From contig NC_069002.1 of NCBI RefSeq assembly GCF_001194135.2, positions 17,090,949 through 17,154,948 on the forward strand: DNA of 64,000 nucleotides. The letters are read 5' to 3'. Origin of the DNA: Octopus bimaculoides (lineage: Eukaryota). The position numbers and the translations under genes were made by a program. The first letter of the stretch is position 1. Each line of letters opens with the position of its first letter. Shown here piece after piece: positions 25,480 through 38,124 of the stretch. The notes beneath the pieces are model-generated. The model was not told the DNA's origin. It saw only the letters and a program-made list of their open reading frames with translations, and did not search any database.

Positions 25480-26140
25480 CTAACAATTAACAACAAAAAT
25501 TAGCCAGATCCATCCTACAGTCATCAAGCTGTTTGACAAGTCAGCACACATCTTGGACAGGTTTGTCTGACTGCAATGCAATGCCTGTAGAGCTTTTCTC
25601 AAACCTGTTGAACCCCCTGGCAGCACTGCCATGCCAAGGATTTCTGGAAATTATCCCTAAGCCCCAGCCTGAAAGTCCTCTGGAAAAGACCAGCTAATTC
25701 ATCCCTCATGATGGTCAGAGTTTCTCCAAGGATTTCATCTTTCTTGCCCACCACTAATCTCCTACAGAACTCCAATGTGGTATTTCCACCAACCACATTG
25801 CCCAACTAGCAGAGGGCTCTGAGAACTTGCTGATACTCCAGGTGTCAAGTGCTCTTTCTTGCACTACACTTCATCCAGGACTGTAACACCATCAGTGAGA
25901 CAAGCTGCAGAAAATCTGTCTGACAAACTACAACCACACCTGCTCACTTTAAGGAAGCACTGGAGATGTCACAGCCTCAGCATGTCTGCACATCCTTAGC
26001 CACAGCATGCCCGGTCCTCTACTCAGTGGCCTCTGACGACCAGAACATGTCCCTTCCACAAAAGTGGAAGAGCAAGCACTCTAGCTTAATAAACCGTGGA
26101 GCAGGGCAAGGGACAATGGTCAGGTGGTGGTAGATGATGG
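25480..26140 (-). mobile_element. L1/Tx1-clade LINE C-terminal fragment
   Basis: NFQKSLAWQCCQGVQQV*EKLYRHCIAVRQTCPRC resembles the Tx1-type zinc-binding C-terminus. Confidence 0.6.
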
Positions 26141-26150
26141 AAACGAAGTA

Positions 26151-27434
26151 TGAGGTTGGGCTGAAAAGTTCATAGGCTGACTAAGAAGGGGTTATCATAC
26201 AGAAATTAAACTTGGCATGCCTTAAATTCAACCTTTACTGATGCTAAGTGCATGTTTTCTTTCCACATGAACCAGCATTGGATACAAAATTGAGGACTTG
26301 GAAAAGTGGTACAAGAGACATTTCATGAAAAATGGATAATTTTTGGCTCCGTGGTGTTATCAAATATCTGCAGAAAAAGGGGGTTAGCCCCCAAGGACAT
26401 TCATGTTGACATGGCTGTTACATTAGGGGATGATACTGCAGCTTTATCAAGTGTGCAAACTTGGGCAGCTAAATTCAAGAGGGGGTAGGGAAGGTATTAA
26501 AAATGACCCAAGGTCCAGACATCCTGCTACAGCCACCTCCCAAGAAGACATCAACCACGTTCACCACATGGTGATGGATAACAGACGTTTAAATGTTAAT
26601 CAGATAGCTAATGCTGTAGGCATCTCCCATGAACTAGTTGAAAACATTCTGCATAACGAACTTGGCATGTCGAAGGTTTCTGCTTGGTGGATGCCTGATC
26701 AAAAGCACACCAGGCTGGTCATGTCGCAGGCAAACTTGGCACTTTTTGAAGCAAATCCAGCCGGTTTTCTTGAATGTTTCCTCATCCAAGATGAATGTTG
26801 GGTTCACCACTTTGAGCCAAAGACCAAACAGCAGTCCATGCATTGAAACACCCATCTTCTTCTCCACCAAAGAAGGCCAAGGGGGTGTCATCAACAGGGA
26901 AGGTAATGGCCTCTGTCTTCTGGGATGCAAAGGGCATTGTATTCATTGACTACCTTCAGAAAGGCCATGCTATCAATGGAGAATACTATGCCAACTTGCT
27001 GAGGCAGCTGCAAAAGGCAATCAAGTCAAAACAGCCTGGAAAACTGATGAAGGGGGTCCTGCTTTGCCAGGACAGTGCTCCTGCACATAAATCTGTGGCT
27101 GTAATGGCTACTGTGCACAACTGTGACTTTGAACTAGTTGATCACTCTCCATATTCTCCTGATTTGGCACCATCTGACTATTTTCTGTTCCCCAACATGA
27201 AAAAGCACTTGGCAGGGAAACAGTATCTAACTGATGATGAGGTCATATCTGCTGTTGAGGACTTTTTTGAGGGTCAGGATGAGAGCTTCTATGCCATGGG
27301 AATCCAAGCACTGCATCACTGATGGAAGAAGTATATGGACCACAGGTTAGACTATGTTGGAAAATAAAACACATTTGGTCTTGTTTGATCATTACCTATG
27401 AACTTTTCAAGGTCAGCCTATGAACTTTTCAGCT
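26151..27434 (+). mobile_element. Near full-length mariner (DD34D) transposon, inactivated
   Basis: TIRs gctgaaaagttcataggctgac / gtcagcctatgaacttttcagc. Transposase motifs QDECWVHHFEP, VMASVFWDAKG, QDSAPAH, HSPYSPDLAPSDYFLF are split by stops and frameshifts; outer right TIR lost at a SINE junction. Confidence 0.93.
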
Positions 27435-28871
27435 GGCAGCATCATTAGCATGCTGGGCAGAATACTTAGCAGTATTTCACCCATCACTATGTACTGAGTT
27501 CAAATTCCGCCAAGGTCAACTTTGCCTTTCATCCCTGCAAAAGCAAGGATAGAAAGCAACAATAAGTCAAGTAAAGAAAGACAGCAGTGTTGGCCAAAAG
27601 TGTATACTTCAATAGTTCACAGGATAAAGAAACAAAAGGATAGTAAAATGAACAATAAAAAGTTTTTAAGAGGAAAGGGTGGTAGTTGTATAGAATTTTT
27701 GAAGGGTATTTTTAAGCTTACACAATAACATCTATGTTCTTGTAATAATAATAATAAAAAGGTCATGTAAAATCATAAATAAAAGTTTCACAATTGTTTT
27801 AAAACCAGAGATGGATGTAGGCATTGTACTTTGCTGCAAAAAAAATGTATTTAACCTGGTGCAGTACATTAAAAGCACTGCAGTTTTCCAAATAACCAGA
27901 CATTTTCTAACTCAATCTTGCAACCTGGAAGTGAGTCATGACACAAAATTATCTAGTGCACACAATCTGCTGCTATTGCTCCATGGAACAATTTATAATA
28001 GTAAAATATAGAAACTGTCGTTGGTTTTATTATTATTATTTTGTATTTACCACCAGTCAGACCTGAATCTTGCTATAGCTGTGTGTATGTGTGGAGATGT
28101 GGATGTATGGTTTTGATTGTAGTATGTCTTCATAAACATTTTTAACAATTACAATAAAAATGGTAATTATAGAAAACAATGATAATTACTCACACACACA
28201 CAAAAAAAAAATAGAATTAATGTAAACAACAACACTACTATTAGAGCTGATATTGGCAAAAGCAGCTGTAAAATTAATGTAAGCAACAATAACAATTTTT
28301 GGTTTGTGTTGTTGGCAACTGGCAACACCTGAACCTAACAAGGATATTATAGAAGAAAAAAAGACATGGATTAGGTATGCCATAAGGGGCCCATGCCTCT
28401 TTGTTTGAAGAGTACATCAATGAGAAAGAGCAAAGAGAACAGTGATCTACTTCTTCCCCAAGGAGAGGAAAGTTTCAAATGGCTTCAAATGAGGGATTTT
28501 GGAAAGGCAAAGGGTGATCCAAAAAGTTTGGTGCCGCAAAGTATGGCCTTGCTAATTACTGTTAGGCTAGGGAATGTATTTGGGTGAGAGAACACTCAGT
28601 ATTGGTACTCAGAATAATCCCGGATCTGATTGGCCATAAATGGTGGTCCTCCTCTTGGAACTTGACCATATATTCTATATTATCCTTTTACTTGTTTCAG
28701 TCATTTTGACTGCAGCCATGCTGGAGCACCACCTTTTAGTCAAGCAAATCGACCCCAGGACTTATTCTTTGTAAGCCTAGTACTTATTCTATAGGTCTCT
28801 TTTGTCAAATTGCTAAGTTATGGGGACATAAACACACCAGCATCGGCTGTCAAGTGATGTTGGGAGAACAA

Positions 28872-28904
<33 letters not shown>

Positions 28905-29149
28905 CATATATATATGATGGGCTTCTTTCAGTTTCCGTCTACCAAATCCACTCACAAGGCTTTGGTCGGCCTGAGGCTATAGTAGAAGACACTTGCCCAA
29001 GGTGTCACGCACTGGGACTGAACCCGGAACCATGTGGTTGGTAAGCAGGCTACTTACCACACAGCCACTCCTTATTTCATTTGATTTTTGTGTAAATCCC
29101 CACACTTTCTTGTAAGCTGTTCCTTATACATAGCTACTGTAAGAATAAT

Positions 29150-30485
29150 ACAGGAGGATGGCGGATTGGCAGAATTATTAGAGCAAGAGAAAAAATGCCT
29201 TGTGGTATTTCTTTTGGGTCTTTAGGTTCTGAGTTCAAATCAGACCAAAGTCATCTTTGCCTTTCACCCTTTCAGAGTCAGTAAAATAAAGTGCCTGTCA
29301 AGCACTGTGGTCAGTATAATTGATTTAGGCTCTTCTTAAAATTGCTGGCCTTGTGCCAAAATGTTAACCCATTATCATCATCATTATAATTGAGTGAGAG
29401 AGCAGTGTATGCCATCAAAGTGACCCAATATACCTATCATGACTACCTATCTGATTAGGGTACACCAGGTACATCACGTCCACATGATGATCTCAGATCA
29501 AGATATACAGTGCATGACCTTGCAGGTGAGGACCAGTTAAAATTTTCTTCTGGTCAAGTAGCCCATTCTTCTCAAAAGGTCCCTGAATAAGAGTTGTTTA
29601 AGTATGATGAACAAAACACCCATGTTTCCAGAGGTGAATTATTCAAACCCCAATAATTCCTCTCAATACATGGCTATGATGCTCCCCCACTACTTCTGCT
29701 CATGATCAGAGATGCATAGATAATCAGCCACTATGGGACATGCTCAGCTGGTTAAGGTCAAACAACTGACAAGCAAATCTACAGTATTGAGCAGAATAAT
29801 TGATGTAGCCCATCTTATTATTTTTATTGTTGTTATTGTCATTATTAAGGTGGCAAGTTGGCAGAACCATTAGCATGCCAGGCAAAATACTTAGCAGCAT
29901 TTTGTCCATCTTCACATTCTTAGTTCAAATTCTGCTGAAGTCAACTTTGCCTTTCATCCTTTTGGATTCAATAAAATAAGTACCCCAAAATTTCAGGCCT
30001 TATGCTTATAGTGGAAATTATTATTATTGAGTGAGAGAGCAGTGCATGTTATCGAAGTGACACTGGGTAAAATATACGAAGCCCAATATACCCATCATGA
30101 CTACCCGTCTGATAAGGGTACACCAAGTACATGCATCACAGCCATATGTGCATGACATGGTGATCTCATATCAAGATAAACAGCACATGACCTTGCAGGT
30201 TAAAATTTTTTTCAGGTCAAGTAGCCTATCCCATTCAAAAGGTCTCTGATTAAGGATTGTTTAAGGATGTTGAACAAAGCACCCATGTTTCCAGAGGTGA
30301 ATTATACAAACACCAAAGAATTCCTTTCAACACATGGCTATGATGCTCCTCCACTACTTCTGCTCATGATCAGGGATGCACATATCGCCAGCCACCAAGG
30401 AACATGCTCAACTGGTTACGGTCAAACAACTGACAAGCAAATCTGTGGTATTGAGCAGAATATTTGCTGTAGCCCATCTTTTATT
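29150..30485 (+). repeat. Two adjacent copies of a SINE plus ~430-bp repeat unit
   Basis: 29390-29820 and 30027-30485 align (tgagtgagagagcagtg...catgaccttgcagg...cacccatgtttccagaggtgaatt...ggtcaaacaactgacaagcaaatct); each follows a family-2 SINE. Confidence 0.7.
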
Positions 30486-30525
30486 CCAAGACAAAGCAAT
30501 GTACATGATAATAATAATAATAATA

Positions 30526-30567
<42 letters not shown>

Positions 30568-31285
30568 GTATCTAACTTACTCAGTTTATTGCTGGAGGTA
30601 CCTTTAACGTGTCAGTTGTTCACTTCCTGTGAACACACTTTGGCTCATATTCATCTAATTTTTTCACTTTTTCTAATTTAGACTTGTTAAATACTTTCTA
30701 GTGAACCATTCTGGCAACATTGTCGTGCCTTCAGTTGTATTCTGTCTGAGCCAATTTGCTGCATTCACTTAAAATATGCCACAATTTCACCACTCTGAGG
30801 AATGATTAGTTCACTATTTGATATAGTTTATTCGCAACACTTGTTCCTGAACTGCATATATCTAGGCTCTACTAAATATACCTTTGTTCCTGTCCTACAT
30901 ATATGTAGGCCCCTGGCTCCCTGTTTCAAGTCACTCTTTTTATAACCACATCCATCTTTTATCTGGATCTGTGTTACTTTGTATTTCTCTCTCAAGAACT
31001 AACCATGCATCTTCTTCACCATTCAGTTGTTTTCCTTCTTTGTTTCTGTCTTTCGTTTGTAATTTATCTGATCTTGATTGCTTTCTGTATGTAATAGACC
31101 TGCCTTCCTTACTTGCACTTCATGTCATTTATATATCATGCACCTGCCTTCCTGACCTGCACAAACAGTGCTTCCTTTGCAATGTTTATGTAACAAGCAC
31201 TTGCCTTCTTACTTGTACTAGTTGTGCTTCTTTTGTATTCTTTAAATTCCAAGCTTATTGTTATTATTATTATTATAATTATAGT

Positions 31286-31400
31286 GTATCAGTGCCAAGC
31301 AGTGTTTAGGCATAAGTGAACTTTAGGTTAGTTGAAGTCACAAACATATTTCAACTAACCTCAATTTAGCTTATGCATAAAAACTGCTTGGTACTGATAT
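31286..31400. repeat. Imperfect ~115-bp palindrome (foldback/MITE-like)
   Basis: gtatcagtgccaagcagtgtttaggcataag...gttagttgaa versus ttcaactaacc...cttatgcataaaaactgcttggtactgatat; partial related copy at about 31653-31720. Confidence 0.75.
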
Positions 31401-31514
31401 TGTAGTAATTTTTTACGACTTAGCAGTCTAATGGCACAACTTAGTCAATGTTGATGACTGTGTTTTAGTTAAAGCTACAGCTGTAAGTCTGTAAGAGTTG
31501 TCTCTCTTCGAAAT

Positions 31515-31627
31515 TTCCCATTGATAATGGCTAAAGAGCTAGAAACACATCTGAGAATCCAACAGGGGGCACCACTGGACAAGAGCTAGAAACACATATG
31601 AGAATCCGACAGGGGGTAGCACTGGAC
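31515..31627 (+). repeat. Decayed hammerhead-like motif overlapping a 47-bp tandem duplication
   Basis: ttccca-TTGATAA-tggct aaag agcta-GAAA-cacatc-tgagaa; unit aagagctagaaacacat...actggac at 31534-31580 and 31581-31627. Confidence 0.5.
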
Positions 31628-32173
31628 AGATATAGAGTTTTTACACATTTTTGCCATAAGTGAATTTGCATTTAGAAGTTGAAATATGTCACAAACATAT
31701 TTTAACTAAAACTAAAGTTTGCTTATTATAATTATGTTTTGCTTTTAATTTATACAAGCCGCACCCAGGTCTCAATCAGAGATGCCAAGGGACAAGATTT
31801 TACATCTAAAGATGCAAACAGGTGTGACACTATGCAATTGATAAAATTGATATTTGTGTGTTATAAAGGAAACAAAATCATTATATAAAATTTATAATAC
31901 AACTGAATGAGTAAGATTGTATTTACATGGAGAGGAATTTATGTAAAATATTTGAGGCCCCTGTTAGAAAGATCTTTTTGCAATTCACTTATTTTGGAAC
32001 TACTGAGAACTTGGTCTACAAATTTGCTTTTTTTGATATTGTTACATGCCCTCTATCACATAGTATACAATATTGTGATGTAGACTGAAAATATTATGTT
32101 AACCGGATTTGTTGTTGTTGTTGTTATATAATGATGTTGATATTGATTTTTTTTTTTTTCATTTTGTCTTCAG

Positions 32174-32239
32174 TTTATTGAAAGTGTGAAGGGAACATTA
32201 TCATCATTCCTTGAGTCATCACATACGGACACTTTGCAG
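32174..32239 (+). CDS. GCLM: GCLM exon 2
   Basis: ttcag|FIESVKGTLSSFLESSHTDTLQ|gtaaac; 66 nt, phase 0/0. Confidence 0.85.
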
Positions 32240-32877
32240 GTAAACTATCAAAAGCTGCAGTATATTAACTTTTCCTTTCTGGCTACTATTTTATAACAGA
32301 AACTCAATTCTCTTCTTATATGTCTACTCACATCAGTGAGCAGTGGGAAAAATGTAAGCCTGTTGACCCATATAACTATGAATAGCTGTGACATTCTTTA
32401 GACTGGGAAACTCTTCTTCACCAGACCTAGTACCATCAGATTTTCACTTATTCAGATAAACTTGAACATTTTACGAGTGGAAAAACATTGAGAAGTGGAG
32501 ATGATGCCAACACAGTGCTCCAAACACTTTTCTCTTTTAAAAAACCTGATTTTTTTTTAGCCTGAGGAATCAGGAAACTTGTTTTGAGGTTAGGAAAATA
32601 TTATTGCTAACAATGACAATAATGATGAAGGAATAAATATATTTGCAAGATGTTTTATAGATGGAATTGGGACATTACTTTATGGTGTCACTGATTGTGT
32701 GTGTGTGTCTGTCTATGTGTATTAAAAGTAATTTTATTGTGTTATAAAAAATATTTATCATAGACAGGCTGTTGGGGTTCTTTTACTCCTCTTTTTAATA
32801 TTGATTAAATTTTATGAGCTTTCAATTCATAATAACAGCATAAAGTGATTGTTCATCCAAGTTTATCTCCATTATAG

Positions 32878-32959
32878 AACGTTCCAAAACTCAACTGCAT
32901 CCATTCTGAATTTAAGGAAGCTTTACCAAAGGAAGAACGATCAGAACTGAAATTAACAG
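32878..32959 (+). CDS. GCLM: GCLM exon 3
   Basis: ttatag|NVPKLNCIHSEFKEALPKEERSELKLT(V)|gtacat; 82 nt, phase 0/1; corresponds to the vertebrate INPDEREEMKVS region. Confidence 0.88.
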
Positions 32960-33099
32960 GTACATTTCTTCTAGTAGCAAGCAGCCAAGCTGATTGAAAA
33001 TTCTGTTTTTTATAAATTATAAATAGTTTTTGTTTGCAGCCCATGCTGGTGCAATGGTGATTTAAACCATTGGTACAGTTTTGTATTTAAGAGATGAGG

Positions 33100-34384
33100 A
33101 ATTATGTATATTATTTACATTTGTCGGATATTTGTCATCTTCTTTGTTGTTAACACAATGTTTCGGTTGATATACCCTCCAGCCTTCATCAGGTGTCTTG
33201 GGGAAATTTTGAACCTGGGTTCTCATTCCTAAGGTATTTTCCGATGTTATTATTATTATTATTCAGGTCACTGCCTGGAATCAAACTTAGAATCTTGGGG
33301 TTAGTAGCCCACACTCTTAACCACTACGCCATATGCTCACAATTACGGAGTGAATTTTAGGGTTTATAAATCTAATATTTTCCTATCCTTCCTTAATACC
33401 GGTTCCCATATGCTATTCATATCTGCACTCAGTCTGCTTAGGAGGTTGTGTCCTAGCATATGTGCTGCTTCTTTTAGTTTTCGTATTTTCCAGTGGTGTT
33501 CTCTGTCTATTCTGTTAACTTCATCCCACAGAGGAAGGTCATCTTCGCTTTTCCATACATGATCAGCTATACCCGATGTTTCAACATCTCCTCGTGTCAC
33601 AGCTTTGCGATGTTCCTCTACCCTTATTTTGAGGGGGTGACATGTTTCGCCTTTGTATAACCTATCACAGCTGCATGGGATGGAGTACACGCAGTTTTTG
33701 GTCATATTCTCTTCTATTGGTAGTTTTACCTGAAGGAGATATTTGCGAAGTGCTGTATTACTCTTGAATACTGTCCTGATGTCATATGGGCCATATATCA
33801 TTTGTATCTTTTTGGAGAGGCCTTTCACATAGGGTAGACAGACTGTAGACAGTTTATTGGTTTCACCCTCTCTTTTCCTCATAATTGCAGTAGATAGTAT
33901 GTTTTTGGGGTAGTTGTTGCTTAATAGATTGTTACTGAGCTTGATCATTTCTTCGTGGTGGGTATCGCGATCGCTACTTATATTCTTTGCTCGATGTTTT
34001 AGGCACTGAGCAATTCCTCTCTCTACACTGTATGGATAGTGAGAATTGAAGTTTAGGTATTGTCCAGTGAAGGTTGGCTTGTGGTATATGGATGTCCTGA
34101 ATCCATACTTGGTACGTGTTATTAATATGTCCAGGAAGGCTAGCTGATTGTCTTTTTCTTTTTCTATTGTGAACTGTATGGATGGCTTTATTAAGTTCAC
34201 ATGGTCTAACAGCACTTGGACATCTTCCTGGTGGGGCCAGAGAATAAAGGTGTCATCAACATATCGCAGCCATAGGCTTGGTTTTAGTGTTGTTGAGAAT
34301 TTGGCTTTAGGATCAACACCACTAAAACCAACCCTATGGCTGCAATATGTTGATGACACCTTTATTCTCTGGCCCCACCAGGAA
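33100..34384 (-). mobile_element. Penelope-like retroelement, 5'-truncated with inverted 5' end
   Basis: LWLRYVDDTFILW...FLDILITR...YHKPTFTGQYLNFNSH...VYSIPCSCDRLYKGET...EEHRKAV (RT plus GIY-YIG); hammerhead in the 3' tail. Confidence 0.92.
33151..33199 (-). ncRNA. Minimal type I hammerhead ribozyme in the Penelope 3' tail, probably mutated
   Basis: ACAC-CTGATGA-aGGCTG gagggtatat CAACC-GAAA-CA-TT-GTGT: stem I ACAC/GTGT, intact CUGAUGA and GAAA, one stem II mismatch, CG to CA change in stem III. Confidence 0.65.
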
Positions 34385-34699
34385 TTCTCTGGGTTTTGAA
34401 TAAATGTAACCAAAGCAAAATTTGAAGAAAATATTAGCCATTTTTCATACTTTCTAGGGGTAAGCAAATAGGAAATAACAGTTGCTACCCACAGACAAAA
34501 ATCATGCTACACAGTATTATCAGTCCAGAGACAAACAGCAATTAAAAATAACAGGCTTATTGGGGCTATTATAATTAGCAGAGCTCCAAATGACTTTACT
34601 ATCTAAAATATCAACAATATCAACTCAAATGTAAGAAGCCCCTCACAAATTTCCCATCAGCACTAAAAGGAATCACAGTTTTTAAAATCCCAGTGAGGA

Positions 34700-36400
34700 C
34701 ATATTTATATATAATGTGCTCCTTGATACAAATGAGTTTGAATAAACAATAGAATAGACATGGTTATTGTTGAAGGCACTTTCCTTTGCCAGATGTTAGA
34801 GTTATCCTGCATGTCAGGAAGACGGTGCTATTCAGTAAAGATTCAACTTGGTTCAAGGAATCTAACCCTGAGGGTTCCTTTGATGTAGCTATGGGAGTAT
34901 ATGACATCGTCGACGTTTGTGATCTTATCAGACTACATCCTGAACATGTTAGGGAAGAGGTTTCCTTCGGTCCTCTTTGGCCTGTACAGAGATGATGCCC
35001 TAGCCATCTCTAGAGGAGCCAATGGCCACACATTAGATAGACTTAGAAAGAACCTAATTAGTACCTTAGGCTCAATGGGTCTTAAGATCACCATTGAAAC
35101 TAATCTCACCAAAGTAGATTTCTTGGATGTTGTTTTAGATCTGGGCTCTGGTACATACAGGCCCTATCACAAGCCAAACGAGAGACTGCCTTATATTAAC
35201 ACAGCCTCCTACCACTCCTCTATAATTTTCAAGAACCCAGTGAAAGGTGTAAGCAAGAGGCTATCGAATCTATCCTCAAACCAAGATATCTTCAATGCCA
35301 CTGTCCCCTACTACAATGAGGTTCTGGCATCGAGTAGGTTTAAGGACCGCATCTCCTACATGCCTGGCCCTTGCACCAGGAAAAGGAAGTGCCACAGAAA
35401 TGTTGTTTGCTTTGCTCCACCCATCTCGCTCAATGTCAAGACTTGTGTGGGAAACATTTTCCTTAGATTGATAGACAATCATTTCACACACACACATAGA
35501 TACGGGCATTTATTTAACAGACACCACCTAAGAGTCTCCTTTAGTTGTGCACCTAACATAAAAAACATTTTAACAAGTACCCACTATACGAGGGAGGAAG
35601 CAGGTTGTTCTTGCAGAGTATATAATAACTGTCCAGTAGGAGGCCAATGCGAGGCTGAAGGGGTCATTTATGTGACTACATAATACCTAGAACTGCTATC
35701 TGCAATAACAGTAACATACCATCCAACAGCAATATTAGCAGATTAACCAGATCTCACACCAATACAATTGCCACACGCTGAGATAATAACCAGTCCAGGA
35801 CCACTGTCACAGAGAGCGTCACCAAAGACCCTGGTACCACCACCACCACAGATAATGAACAAACCATAGATACAGATAGAGTGACCATGACCACAATGCA
35901 TGTTACCACCAGTACAATTGCCACACCTAGAAATGATGACCAGTCCAGGACCAGCGACGTGGAAGAGGTATCCACCATTCCTAGTGCCACCACCACAGAT
36001 CATGACCAAATAATTATCTTCAACACCAATGGGATAACCAGCTCCACACCATATGTTACCAGGGATGCGAATAGGGCCACGTCCCATATTTGTAAATATA
36101 CTGGATCTGTGAGTACTTCTTTCAAGTGACATTTTCTTAACCACCAGTCATCCTTCAGAGTCCCAGAAAGACGATTTGTCACGTCCCTGGCCCACCATGT
36201 GTGGCACCTCAAAGATCAAGGGACCCTGTGTGCTATCAGGTGGAAATTATTTGATCGTCCGGGCCCATATATTAATGGATGTGGCCATTGCAAGATCTGC
36301 ATCATGGAGAGAGCCAAAATTCTTAAGGACTATATGAAACCTGATGCATTAAATAGTTGGAAAGAAGTGTTTTCTAAATGTATCCACTAGCACTACTTAC
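34700..36400 (+). mobile_element. Second Penelope-like element (different family) with an extended GIY-YIG spacer
   Basis: GLYRDDALAI...ITIETNLTKVDFLDVVLDL...YRPYHKPN (RT); NNCPVGGQC...GVIY, long insert, KYTG...SLAHHVWHLK...CKICIMER (GIY-YIG). Confidence 0.88.
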
Positions 36401-37323
36401 TGGAAAATTTGATTTCCCTGTTTGCAGGCTAAGCCTCTTTGGATCTACAAAGGTTGTTTTGTCTTCTGCTTCCTCATTAACGTTTTTTTTTTTTTTTTTT
36501 TTTTTTGTTACGATTTATATCTCGATTTCTGAGCATTTCCTCACATCCGCAACATAGAAATTTTAAATTTTGGGCTTTGTGGATGCAAAACCTCGGCTAA
36601 CTCTATATCCAAGATATAAAGTTTTGTTGCAATAATTACTGCTCTATTCTTTAGAGTGTGCTTCTTTCTGATATATGTTTTTATTTACTATATATATGTG
36701 TTTGTGTGTGTGTGTGTGTGTATCATTCTCATCATTTAATATCTGCTTTCTATGCTGGCATGGTTTGGATGGTTTGGCAGAAGACTGTACTAGACTTCAG
36801 TGTTTGTTATAACACTTGAAATGCTTAAAGGATTGTATGTAATATTGAAGGTTTTAAGAGACTCTTAAATAAACAAGTTGAAAGGGCAGCTATGGATGAT
36901 GAGAAGCAGGATGATCATCAGTGAAGAATGAAATGGAAGTTGGTAAATAACAAAAAAGAAAATGAATGAAACGTCTAAATTTGGATTTGCTCATGTTTGT
37001 GGTTTTTGTTGATGTGATGAATATTTGAATTTGCATATGTAAATGCAATCTAATCCATAATAAATCTGTTTTTCTTTATCCATCAGACACAAATTATAAA
37101 GGTTTTACTTGTTAGCTCATGAAAAATGTTTGTTTGTAAGTAAAAGTATAGTTCCACTCACTCTTGGAAGAAATATGTTTGTATTAAAAAAATGTGTCTT
37201 GTGTATACATGCATGCATGCATACATACATACATACATACAAACATACATATGTACATACGTGTGCATGCACACGCACATACATAAATAATCAGTAAATA
37301 TAGCAGTTTATTTTGTTTTGCAG

Positions 37324-37383
37324 TGAAAATATTTTTATACAACAATCAACCTGCGACAATTGTTAGAGATGCAGTTAAGAAAG
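37324..37383 (+). CDS. GCLM: GCLM exon 4
   Basis: ttttgcag|(V)KIFLYNNQPATIVRDAVKK(V)|gtacat; 60 nt, phase 1/1. Confidence 0.88.
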
Positions 37384-38124
37384 GTACATGTTCGTTTTTA
37401 TTCTATTTATCCTCATCAAGACCATCACCACTATCATCATCATTGTTTTAATGCCCACTTTTACTTGCTTGCATGTGTCAGATGGTATTTGTCGAGGCAA
37501 ATTTTCTTTGGTTGCAGAGACAAGATGTAAGCAAGATGAGTGGATGGATATGAATTGTTCTAAGTTCTAGTCTGTTTCAAGCATGCCGTTATTTCTGTGT
37601 AAAATATTGTATTCTAAATAGTCTCATAAACAAAGGGAAATTGATCTCCCATATGCTCAATGCCATATAATAAGAAATAAATAACATTTTCATTGAAAGT
37701 ACCTCAATGCTTAGAAATCAATTATATTATATTACATTTCCATTAAATATTTTGTCGATGTAACCATTAGAATTTGTAAAAGTACCTCTTAAGTTTTGAT
37801 TTTATTTTCTTCTCGTATGCCCTATATTTGTAATTATTTTCATATCTTACTAACATTTTACTTCTCCTCCATAGAATATGGTATTCTAACCTCTCATACA
37901 TTCTCTTATACCATATAGTCCATTCCAGTATTCAGTGTCTCATGATTCCAGTATTCTTACCTTTCATACATTCTCACCAATCAGAATACTGGAATGAACT
38001 TATAAGTCCATTCCAGTATTCTGTATCTTGTATTTCTACCACTCATACATTCTCACCTATCACCATTCCACATATTCCAGTATTTTTACCATTCATACAT
38101 TTTCAGCTCTTATCATAATCATCA

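Noticed and set aside
31534-31627. CRISPR-like repeat
   Set aside because: Only two contiguous 47-bp units with no spacers, in eukaryotic context with no cas genes.
33364-34467. 367-aa ORF as an intact gene
   Set aside because: A 5'-truncated Penelope; the N-terminal part comes from the inverted duplication and flanking DNA.
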